Origin: Lytechinus pictus
Lineage: Eukaryota
DNA length: 64,000 bases
Direction of reading: 5' to 3'
NCBI RefSeq assembly: GCF_037042905.1
Contig: NC_087254.1
Coordinates: 7,006,001 to 7,070,000 of the forward strand
In this document: piece after piece, positions 21,101-29,575 of the stretch
Layout of the letters: the number at the start of each line of letters is the position of its first letter
Numbering within the stretch: position 1 is the stretch's first letter
The notes under the pieces: model-generated
Seen by the model: the letters and a program-made list of their open reading frames with translations, nothing else
Database searches by the model: none
Told to the model about the DNA's origin: nothing
Translations under genes and position numbers: made by a program

Positions 21101-23855
21101 CAGGGGACTCAATGGCAATATGTTTATGTACTTAAGATCGGATAAAACGGGGAAGTGAATTTGCGCGACAGCCGAGGTAAGTCACTGTTTTTGTTCCTTT
21201 TAACTTGATTTTTCACCGTTTTTTGGCAATTAATGCCAAGAGGGAATATTAATTTGCATTTCGGTCGCATTAATTTTCAAAAGTTTGATTCATTAAAGAC
21301 AAAAATTGAAGAGCCCCGACGGGGGGATTTTGCATTGCAAGTCCCCTAATGGTGGCTGCACGCTAGCGAGCCGTCTGTGTACGAGGAGAAATAAAAAATA
21401 AAAAAAAGTTAAAAAAATCCTCGAAACAGACGGCTGCCAGCTGTCTACTCTTTTCAATGCTTCTATCAGTCTCAAAATTGGTGATTTAGAGCCAACATGA
21501 AGTTCCTCACATGTTCATATCTTCTCGCGTGCGAAGGAATATCAGTCATATGCACGCGACACACACAACAAGTCAAAAAGATAGTGGGCTTTTGCCCACA
21601 TAAAATATCACCAATAATCTGGTATTTCACATTCTGCTATGACACTTACCGAATCATTTAGATCCTTCCGTGACTTCTCCTTGAAGTTTTTTCTTAAAAA
21701 AATGGATATTTTCTTGATCTTTAGTGAAGATTTCACGGAGATAAAATTTGGTCAGCGTAGATATCAATTTTCGCCTAAAGAGGGCGCGCGATTTATATTC
21801 ATATCAAAGACACGACAAGGGAAAGATTAGGAACCTACACTATTTTACACGCAAATCGACGCAAGGCATTACGCGAAGTCCGTGAAGTGTCCAATCTTTT
21901 CATTGTATAGACTTTGGTATACCGTGACGTTCGTTAATACTGCTTGTACTGCTGGTTTCGTTCCAGGCATGTGTATTTAAAAAAAAAAAATTATATTAGT
22001 CATCGTTTTAAATTAATTGCAACAAAAGTGTTATCATCGCCAATAGTAATCCTGAATTATGTTTTTGAAGGTATTTTATTTATTGGTGCCCATAATTAGT
22101 AAATTAATCATAAGAATTGCGCATTCAAAGAATTTAGACACAGTTATAAAATTACCGAGGAGCTGAATCAAGGTTGTGAAATTTAATAGCGCCACCAACG
22201 GGCTTCCTTGTATTTCCATAGAAGAGACAAACGAAGTCACTTGCTAGGCCGAGGTAAGCGAAATTTGCTCTTTTTAAATGAAATGAGTTAAATATCATAT
22301 GTATAATTTTGTTATGTATTGCTACTTACCGGAAAGAGCCCCGGTGCGTAGCGAGAAGGAGTTTCGGCAAATATTACTTCAGCAATGAAGCAATGTTTGC
22401 CGACTACTTCGAAATCTACGGTCAAAAGCGGTCCGGTGTACGAGGTTCGTATATAATATATATACGAACCTCATATTAGTGTGAGTCACTTGTTCACTGC
22501 AACCACCCTGCCTGTGGGGAATCTACAGGTTGGACTATGGCATGCCAATGCTGTACAGAGCACACACTTTAAAAAATGATTAAAATATCACTTTTGTGAC
22601 CAATATTACTAATTTCAATACAGTTGCAATTTATTTTTCATTAGAAACTTGGGAATAATTTTTGTATTCACTAGAGCGCTCAAAAACGTTAATTTTGGGC
22701 ATATTTTTGTGTACGCCCTCTATTGGTGGAAAATAATATGGCAAGAAAATTTTCATTTTTTTATCTCTATTTTTAATTAAGAAAAAAATAATTTAAAGAA
22801 TCAAATTTACTTAAGGACCAAGTTGTATGACAAATGGGTGTATTTTAAACTGTCAGTGTAAAAAAAATTTGTCCCAAAGAAAAAGAGAAAATAAGCCAAA
22901 CATTGCCATCCTTATTTTGCCACACATGGAGATACAACTGAGAACAAGGTTATATCTAGACAGCTGGCAGCCGTCTGTTTCGAGGAGTTTTTTAACATTT
23001 TTTTAAATTTTTTATTCTCCTCGTACACAGACGGCTCGCTAGCGTGCAGCCACCATTAGGGGACTTGCAATGCGAAATCCCCCCGTCGGGGCTCTTCAAT
23101 TTTTGTCTTTAATGAATAAAAATTTTGAAAATTAACGCGACCAAAATGCAAATTAATATTCCCTCTTGGCATTAATTGCCCAAAAATGGAGAAAAATCAA
23201 GTTAAAAGGAACAAAAACAGTGACTTACCTCGGCTGTCGCGCAAATTCACTTCCCCGTTTTATCCGATCTTAAGTACATAAACATATATATGGCCATTGA
23301 GTCCCCTGTACAGATCGCGCTAGAACTTCGGTCTCTGTATTTGGTGAGTGAAGCCAACGGAGTTCAGCTGAACAACCAACATAACACATTAACAGAGACC
23401 GAAGCTTTTGGTCTAGGTTATAATAATATCATAACCTTGTTCATTGAATGAGTGACAGTGGTGTGAGTGGCGAATGCCGAGACCCTTGCCAAGCCTTGCG
23501 CATGCGATGTTTTGAAATCGGCAGCGAATTATTTATACGTTTGAGGAACTTCATGTTGGCTCTAAATCACCAATTTGAGACTGATACTAAGCATGGAAAA
23601 TAAGTGTAACTTAGTTAGAGTGGCTCGAGCTAGAGCCTGAGGCAATACGCATTCACGTTACACAGAAAAGCACGTGTGGGACTACACTTTGCAGACTGCG
23701 CCAGTATACTGTTTAGTAAATGTTTTCTTCGAACATGAACATATTCAAACACTATTACAGTTTAATTTCAGATTCTTAAATAAAGGACAAATTATTCGAT
23801 CACAAGATCATCATATTTACCTCTTAATGGTCAATGGAACTCTCGTAAAAGACAT
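38..23855 (-). CDS. YARS2: Mitochondrial tyrosyl-tRNA synthetase; 9 coding exons in window (330 aa), 3' end lies beyond the left edge
   Basis: Exons 23821-23855, 14488-14613, 12202-12349, 11669-11844, 5635-5736, 4418-4532, 3976-4054, 1611-1720, 38-136; all GT-AG with consistent phases. Spliced protein [32 protein letters not shown]...RGVFNDVFP...[15 protein letters not shown] (HIGH motif)...[13 protein letters not shown]...[12 protein letters not shown]...[10 protein letters not shown]...[11 protein letters not shown] (KMSKS-like). Arg-rich N-terminus without acidic residues fits a mitochondrial presequence. Confidence 0.95.
1611..1720 (-). CDS. YARS2: YARS2 exon 8 (KMSKS-like motif)
   Basis: [36 protein letters not shown]; ag/gtaaag. 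Confidence 0.95.
2081..2577. mobile_element. Non-autonomous DNA transposon (Kolobok-like MITE)
   Basis: TTAA on both sides; long TIR AGGGGAAGTTCACCCTGAC...GTCAGGGTGAACCTCCCCT; purine-purine termini. Confidence 0.85.
2790..3295 (-). mobile_element. Non-autonomous hairpin-bearing element (possibly Crypton-type)
   Basis: Long imperfect hairpin centred on gatgctctattcaac-gaggcgttagccga-gttgaatagagcatc; architecture similar to 37750-38130. Family assignment is from memory. Confidence 0.45.
3976..4054 (-). CDS. YARS2: YARS2 exon 7
   Basis: [26 protein letters not shown]; ag/gtgagt. Confidence 0.95.
4418..4532 (-). CDS. YARS2: YARS2 exon 6
   Basis: [38 protein letters not shown]; ag/gtaagt. Confidence 0.95.
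5148..5476. mobile_element. MITE with CAGGGTTCCCACAG TIRs
   Basis: Perfect 14-bp TIR, internal repeated agtcatggaa motifs, GTATAC on both flanks. Confidence 0.8.
5635..5736 (-). CDS. YARS2: YARS2 exon 5
   Basis: [33 protein letters not shown]; ag/gtaagc. Confidence 0.93.
6889..7023. repeat. DIRS internal complementary region (ICR)
   Basis: 6889-6968 is the exact reverse complement of 6661-6740; 6966-7023 is the exact reverse complement of 11441-11498. Confidence 0.95.
7161..8141 (-). CDS. DIRS tyrosine recombinase, 326 aa, intact
   Basis: Catalytic residues R (SAQRVQSL), K (LKQNK), HxxR (HSTR), W (AGW), Y (TFQTFY); N-terminal core-binding region (STKSQY...LNTARSALS). Confidence 0.95.
   Translation of the reverse strand: MLQAWSGLYAKQGLTQRTIDVIAASWKGSTKSQYQVYIRKWKKFCAKRHINYLQVKVCDVLAFLTFMLDEEKVGYSSLNTARSALSTFLIVDDGCQPLGSHPLVNRFMKGVFHLSPPAPRYSSIWDVKVVMNYLRKLSPAKALNLKQLTQKLTMLIALVSAQRVQSLHVIHLDRMRWNKSSVEIAFENTLKQNKPGNTGLNVTLKAYPPDRRLCIMNYMKEYVQRTKNLRGMERHLLVTCKKPHHRATKQTIARWIKTVMHEAGIDTELFHAHSTRAASTSAAQRSEVPVSEIMSRAGWVSEKTFQTFYCKPLQNTGQFSQAVLKH
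8084..9196 (-). pseudogene. DIRS RNase H plus N6-adenine methyltransferase-like domain (pol C-half, frameshifted from RT)
   Basis: [32 protein letters not shown] (RNase H); IDLFAS and YAFPPF (MT). Frameshift near 9150. Confidence 0.9.
9204..10151 (-). pseudogene. DIRS reverse transcriptase (pol N-half), ended by a premature TGA
   Basis: VGGRL...[49 protein letters not shown]. In-frame TGA at 9204-9206, after which the frame continues [16 protein letters not shown]. Confidence 0.93.
10040..11314 (-). CDS. DIRS ORF1 (gag-like), 424 aa
   Basis: Intact ORF overlapping pol; YPCPSNC...PKVNQTIW...[11 protein letters not shown]...YLFGDDL is typical of invertebrate DIRS ORF1. Confidence 0.85.
   Translation of the reverse strand: MKDLKDKRSAGVAVEKEKDKNSDRVAAEISSMELENVSLADRAAAAKGTTGSERTRGVPAVQKSSDRSAVATARPKTSKSKDEIGMVNNRLDRLEGLLCQFMEALPNKQDDMAGMGHAQPERHFDLGRSETASTASHTEGIMEVEDESTSAELESCTEMTESLKVPAFAAKFAVASDIGQPLEEELANSVNYLMSHHLEEKVLDETSSKYPCPSNCRVIDTPKVNQTIWDNLSASVRTKDVKLQRVQKSLTRGISAYVSLLDPNNMSSEQQDVLALLCNANFEMNALRKELIKPDLNTKFTHLCKPTNPVTKYLFGDDLGKQVKDLQDQHKAAAGVMKGGYKKPKPSYRPYPSQGHERRYKEAGWTSRTSYSDSPGSASRPFLGQRTQWRRRAPQVPHTFTPTAAREGHQAPQFRKSSQGQGRK
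11669..11844 (-). CDS. YARS2: YARS2 exon 4
   Basis: [21 protein letters not shown]; ag/gt boundaries. Confidence 0.93.
12202..12349 (-). CDS. YARS2: YARS2 exon 3 (HIGH motif)
   Basis: [31 protein letters not shown]; ag/gtaag boundaries. Confidence 0.95.
12473..12740. mobile_element. MITE family A (GGGCCCGTCTTACAAAGA TIR; PIF/Harbinger-like)
   Basis: TIRs, CTG flanks; homologous copies at 54615-54895 and 56374-56638. Confidence 0.8.
14488..14613 (-). CDS. YARS2: YARS2 exon 2 ([41 protein letters not shown])
   Basis: ttacag acceptor, gtaatg donor; RGVFNDVFP resembles the TyrRS N-terminal RG-F motif. Confidence 0.85.
16066..16899 (-). mobile_element. tRNA-derived SINE interrupted by a MITE (second copy 18746-19579)
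   Basis: tRNA-like head 16814-16899 with A-box TAGCTCAGTCAG and B-box-like GTTTGAGTC; body with gcacgttaaa...cactattcgtcaaagagtaggg core; (AAGAC)n tail at 16066-16080. Confidence 0.7.
16388..16801. mobile_element. Harbinger-like MITE nested in the SINE (second copy 19068-19481)
   Basis: TIR GGCCACCGCACACCTTACGA...TCGTAAGGTGTGTGGTCGCC. Confidence 0.75.
21002..21447 (+). mobile_element. Non-autonomous DNA transposon with TAGAC...GTCTA ends and a 9-bp TSD (possibly AcademH-like)
   Basis: Perfect TSD CTCTTTTCA at 20993-21001 and 21448-21456; inverted copy at 22957-23415; terminal fragment near 50448-50505. Confidence 0.8.
22957..23415 (-). mobile_element. Second, inverted copy of the 9-bp-TSD element
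   Basis: Highly similar reverse complement of 21002-21447; imperfect TSD GGTTATATC/GGTTATAAT. Confidence 0.8.
23821..23855 (-). CDS. YARS2: YARS2 coding exon 1 ([12 protein letters not shown])
   Basis: ATG at 23855-23853, donor AG|gtaaat; phase 2 matches the acceptor at 14613; presequence-like composition. Short exon, so less certain. Confidence 0.7.
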
Positions 23856-24104
23856 TTTATCAGTGACGGTCAAGCTCGAGTCGCAGAATAATTTGTTACA
23901 GTATGGTGAATGGGAAGATAAAATCTCAAATAGAATTATTGAAGAAATACGATTGGAAGAACGCGATTAGCTACTAGATTGCCTCCACTTCGATCATATT
24001 CCCGGGGGAAAACGCGATTGAATAGGTAATTAATTAGGAAAGTTTCTTCAAAATGTTGATAGATATAATTTAGTCTTATAAAATCATCAATAACGATTAG
24101 TACT

Positions 24105-24340
24105 TATCCTCTGGGGGCCTAGGCACAGCAAGAAGAGGGAGAAGTCGGGATCAATGTTTTGAAAGAACTCAAAGAAGGAAGACTCAGGCATATCATTCAT
24201 AGACTGAGGACAGCCATGCTGGATAGAGAGAGGTCTCAGGTCTGGAAGTGTTTCTATGTCCTGTTCACCATTCTATGTTCATGGAAACCGAGATGGCATA
24301 TGCTAGAGCTATTCCATGCCGTCAAATTGACTTGACTTGA
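24105..24340 (+). mobile_element. Decayed 3' fragment of an RTE-type LINE
   Basis: Remnant peptides ILWGPRHSKK and LRTAMLDRE...W resemble RTE C-termini; (TTGAC)n tail. Confidence 0.5.
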
Positions 24341-27300
24341 GACTGACGAGGACTTTACCGTTTACCCCGGCCCACTCCTTTGGAGAATTTTATCCAGCCT
24401 CAACTTGTATATAATAGGGTCTACATTGTCAACCATTATGAACCTACTGAATTTAGAAAAAAAAACAATTGTCTGGTAAACTTTATGAAAATGCAGTTTT
24501 TAAGCAATCAATAATCAAAATTGAACATTGCTGTTTAATAATTTCCAAAACTTTGTACAAAATTAAATACATAAACTGTTTACGATTGTTTACTTAGTAA
24601 AACAGTTTTTTTCAGTTTATACATGTAAAGGAAAAACTGAAATAAAAGATCGTCATTTTGTCCAAAATTATAAAAGTGACAGAAATTATAATAAAAAGCA
24701 ACAACACCCCCCCCCCAAAAAAAAGGAATACCAGTAGCGTACCGTACGCAGGATTTTTTAAAGGGGGGTCTTGCTGAATGAAATGTTGACACCCCCCCAA
24801 AAAAAAAAAGTCTTCACCACCAATTATTGTAGGTCGTTTTATACCCAACAAAAATTAACAGGCAAATAGAAAAAAGGCCTTCGCCACACATTTTTAGTCA
24901 TTTCGTACTTCAACAAATTGGTTTGTGTATCAACAAATTTTAAGGGGGATTGAACCCCTGTAACCCCCGCCCCCCCCCCCCTCCCTGCGTACGCCACTAT
25001 ACTGATTGTAGTGTTTATGATGATCGCATTTGAGTGGCTAATTTTGCTCAGGAGAAATGTTGAATTATATATTTGTTTTACTTTCAAAATGACAGGAAAG
25101 AATATAGAAAAAGAATAAAAAGAAAGAAAGTTCGGGCATGAATAGGCCCAGAAGAAGGCTTTACAATCGCTGCATTAAAAGGAAGGAAGGATTAAAGAAA
25201 CACAAATTATGAATAAATGTAGCTAATTCAATTTCAAAATTAAGGTATGATAATTAATGAACACTACTCCCAACCGATTTCAATTTGAAGGGGGCGGTAA
25301 ATGCTCGCGAAGCGTGCCAACACATACAGAGCACGCGAAGCGCACTCCCTAGTGGGTGGGTGCAGGGGGAGGGAGTTTCACCCTCCTGCGCGAAGCGCGA
25401 AGCTTTCGGTGTTTCATAAATTAAAATAAAAAGGAACTGTCTCTCTTGTCTCTAGTACCTATATCAGCTCCAATTCAGTGGACTATATTGTGATTTGGAA
25501 CCTTGTTTTCAAAAGTATATTGTGAACGCACAAAAAAGGATAAAATGGAGGAAATAAAAATAATAATACTCTGCGCAAAGACCAGAAGCTAAATCGTTTT
25601 ATCAAGTTTTTTCCCAAAGAAAGGGGTCCCGAGATAAGCTAGGTATTCTCTTAGTCATATTGGATGCTTTCATTGGAAAGATCAGATATGATTACAAACA
25701 ATTTAGCGATAGTGCATATACTCGCTAAACAGAGAAAAGGGGTATATGCCGAGAGGAAGCTATTCCTCCCCGCGCAGAGCAATGAAACTCTGAAATTTCA
25801 AAGGGCGGATGTTTCATCAAATCTAGATCTCTAATACCCCATTGGCTCTAATTCAATTGATTTTTTTTAAAGATTATTGAACTTCATCAAAGGAAAATAA
25901 GGAAAATAGTGCGCAAAAAGTGGAAACTTCTGTGATTTATTGAAATTATATAAAAAAGGATGATGTACAATTTCTTTGACTTATCCTGATGCGCTTCATT
26001 TTGAATGATAAGGAAACTGAAGTGTCATTCAAAATTTCAAACTGGACAGGAGATGAATGTGCAGGGAAATGACATGAAGTTTAATATATTTAATACGACA
26101 CGAATTTTATACCCTCCTCTTTTTAAATTAGGAACCTGTTTTCCCCCAAATTATGGTTGTTTAGAAATGAGCTGAAAAGCGGGAGAAGTTGCCTATATGT
26201 AGGTGACGGCAGAAATTGATATAAAGATTTTCCCCGCCCGGAGTCGACCCGACCAGAAGTTGTGCGATCAATTTGGGGAAAAAAGATAACTTCATACACT
26301 TCGGCCTAACCTTACTCTAATTCCATGCCCTAATGTATACATTTGAACTTTAACTGGCAAGAAACACATATAGCTGAGGTGGAAAAACAGGGTTAGAGAA
26401 AGGATGAGGGAAACAAAGGAGAATTGTCATTTAACCGCGCACAGCGCCGAAGCAAAATTCATATATAAAAATTTAGAGCAAGAGTGAAGGAGTTTTTCTT
26501 TTGAGAAAAAAAAAGAATAAAAAGAAAAACCCAAAAAGCTACCTTTCTTCCCATTCCTCTCTTCGATTTTCCTTTTCTCCTCTCTTTTTTCCTTTTTTTT
26601 TTTGGGGGGGGGGAGGGGGCGACCGCCCCCTGGCTACACGCCTGACTACTCCCTCTATCAAAACCACCATACCACTCCCACCCCCCTCCCTCCTCGATCT
26701 CAGGCTGTATTTTTAATAGTCTTTTATTCTCTTCTCTAATCAAACAACTTTGAACATATAGCAAAATATTACATTCATGATCCAATTCAAAACGGTGTTA
26801 AATTAAATTACACCATAAATAACAAAGCTTGGTTTTAACGTACAATTATTGTGATCAACACATCCATACTTTTTGACAATTCTTAACGAAAATGAAGTAA
26901 AACAATGTCATGAATAAATTCTAAATCAGTTCAATTTGTGCTCAAAATACCTGATGTACATTTTTTTAAATAACTTTTTGATTCCATAATTATTTAATTC
27001 TCTTACATTTATACACATAACATAATATACATAATAAATATTTGTAATTAAATCTACATTGAAAAGCAGTACAACGTAAAAACAAATCAAACAAATTATT
27101 CACCATTTCTTGATAGTTGTTTCACACGGGCACACAAAATATTGAATCCTGTAAATTAAAGAATTCAACTAGATTTATGAGAGAAGATTTAATATTCATA
27201 AATCTTCGGACCCCTCCGACACACTTACAGCCCTCCCCATTTTCGTCGATATTTTTTGTTTTGTTTTGTAATAATATTTATCAAATCATTCAGTTCAAAC

Positions 27301-28151
27301 TAAAAGTGATGGTACATTGCAAAATATTATAATATCAATATTAACAAAACACTGTTCACAAAAGACAAATAATTATCCATAATACAAATAATCGTACAAA
27401 ATGTCATAGAATTAACATATTCATATAAAATGGATAAATTCAGAAACAAAAAAAGTAAATATTAACCATTTATAACCAATATAAATTCACAAAATCATAC
27501 AATAGTTATGCAGAAAATTCATCGCTCAACATTGATGAAACTGAATGAAATTTATAACAAAGGGGAAATGGTATCGATATGATCGATCAATCCAAATGCA
27601 AAATCGATAACAAACCAGCTGAGGATGAACGTGGACTCGACAAAAATAAATAAACAATTTCTTTCATCCAGAAACGTTATAACCAATCTATAATTTCAGA
27701 GAAGAATTCGACAACGTAACTAGGATCCATATTAAACCAGGTAGGGTCGAAATGTATATACGATAATGTAATAAATAAAAATAGATTAACAAGTCACTTA
27801 ATTCTTGACCCCCTCTCATTCTCTCTGACTCCAGTCGGTCCCCTCTCTCTTGACTTGGCCCCGGCTAGTTTAGCGTGGGTCTCCGTCCTGCGGCGGCGCC
27901 GCCGCCTTGTGGTGTTGGAGACCAGCTTGTGCCGGTATCCTTCCCCGACCCCGGGGTCCCTCCCAACCGACTCCTACGACATACGACGATCTATTCAGTA
28001 GATCTATTCTAAATTAAAAATTAACAGTTAGACCTTGGCCTATTAAAGGCTATATATTCGGTTTTTTGTGATGGGGCGTGTGTGTTGACTGTTTCACTGA
28101 GAAGAAGTTTAGCTTGAACTTAAGACTAGTTATTGTCTTATAATCGATTAA

Positions 28152-28672
28152 CCCAGAGAGCTCCCGCCCGCGCAGCGGGCGGGAGCCCAGAAGCTCACAG
28201 TGTATTCTACCATTGCCACCGAACAAGGGTGATTTATGGTCTAAATATTTCTCCAAATGAATTGTGAAAACAAAAAGTGTACAATTACCACGATTATATG
28301 GATGAAGGTCTAGCGAGTGGCAGATTCCTGACATCTGAGCACAGTCTGGAACCTCAAAAAACCAAAAGTTCTCTCCTTCTACCCAGTCTCGATCGGCCGT
28401 TTTGTTACGATTTTTAACAAAAATGGCCGATCGAGACGGGGTAGAAGCAGAGAACTTTTCGTTTTTTTGAGGTTCCAGACTGTGCTCAGATGTCAGGAAT
28501 CTGCCACTCGCTAGACCTTCATCCATATAATCGTGGTAATTGTACACTTTTTGTTTTCACAATTCATTTGGAGAAATATTTAGACCATAAATCACCCTTG
28601 TCCGGTGGCAATGGTAGAATACACTGTGAGCTTCTGGGCTCCCGCCCGCTGCGCGGACGGGAGCTCTCTGGG
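28152..28672. mobile_element. Almost fully palindromic piggyBac-like MITE
   Basis: TTAA at 28148-28151 and 28673-28676; CCC...GGG termini; about 255-bp arms with a roughly 10-bp centre near 28410. Confidence 0.9.
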
Positions 28673-29392
28673 TTAATAATCGATAGAAGATAACGTTTAA
28701 TACACTAAACAGTTAATAATAGAGATCTAACGTAAACCGTTAGGCCAAACTATCCGTACTATAGTATTAACTTAAGTCTTTATGGATGCTAATCTAACTC
28801 AAAGTTAGGTCTAACGTTAGATCAAGTATATCTAATATTGAATCTGTCACTGAATATTATCAATTTTATTTTCATTACCCTATGTCATTCTCTAGACTTA
28901 GTCTTTTTTAAAACTTAGTTTGTCTTAATTCTAATGACTTTTGTGTAACACTGACATTACCTACGCTACGGTACTAGGCCTACACAGTTACTTAGTTAGA
29001 TAATAGAACTGGAAATGGAGATCAGACTAGACTAGATCTATAACTTTTGGATCTTCTTATAATTAACAGATAAAGGAATGTTACTATAGAACAGAGCCTT
29101 GATAATTTTCTTCAGCCTAGGCCCTAACTAGTAACTTTAGTAGTTTTCTAAACACTAAGTTATAATGTTAACTTTTGAATCAATAACTATGCATGACAGT
29201 GGGGCTGTCAGTATCACTAATGTTAGGTTAATACTTGATCACCTTGGCTGTTTTAAGCTGGTAGATCAAAATTAATTTAGCTCTATACTCTAGATCAAAG
29301 AATTTGTAAATTTGCTGCATTAGCTATAGTGTATGTTGTATAACCTAGGCCTACCTAAAAATAATTGCCATTTTTCATTATTGCTCAAATAG

Positions 29393-29575
29393 ATGGCATG
29401 GGCAGGCAATATCGGTGGTGACTTTGGTTCCCAGAATACCTGGCCAGATGGGACACCTATCAAGCATGGACTTGGACTTGGACCATCAAAAAGAGCATCA
29501 AACCAAGCATACGGTGCTGGTGATGAAGAGAGGAAGGGGAACCTCAAAGATTTGACTGCACAGGCATCCAATGTG
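29393..29575 (+). CDS. MEIOB: MEIOB coding exon 1
   Basis: ATG directly after a tag acceptor, implying an upstream non-coding exon; ends ...LKDLTAQASNV|gtaag. Confidence 0.8.

Noticed and set aside
23226-23296. ATG plus strong donor as an alternative YARS2 first exon
   Set aside because: In-frame stop before the donor, and it lies inside a transposon copy
28050-28693. ORFs on both strands with the same peptide
   Set aside because: Consequence of the palindromic MITE
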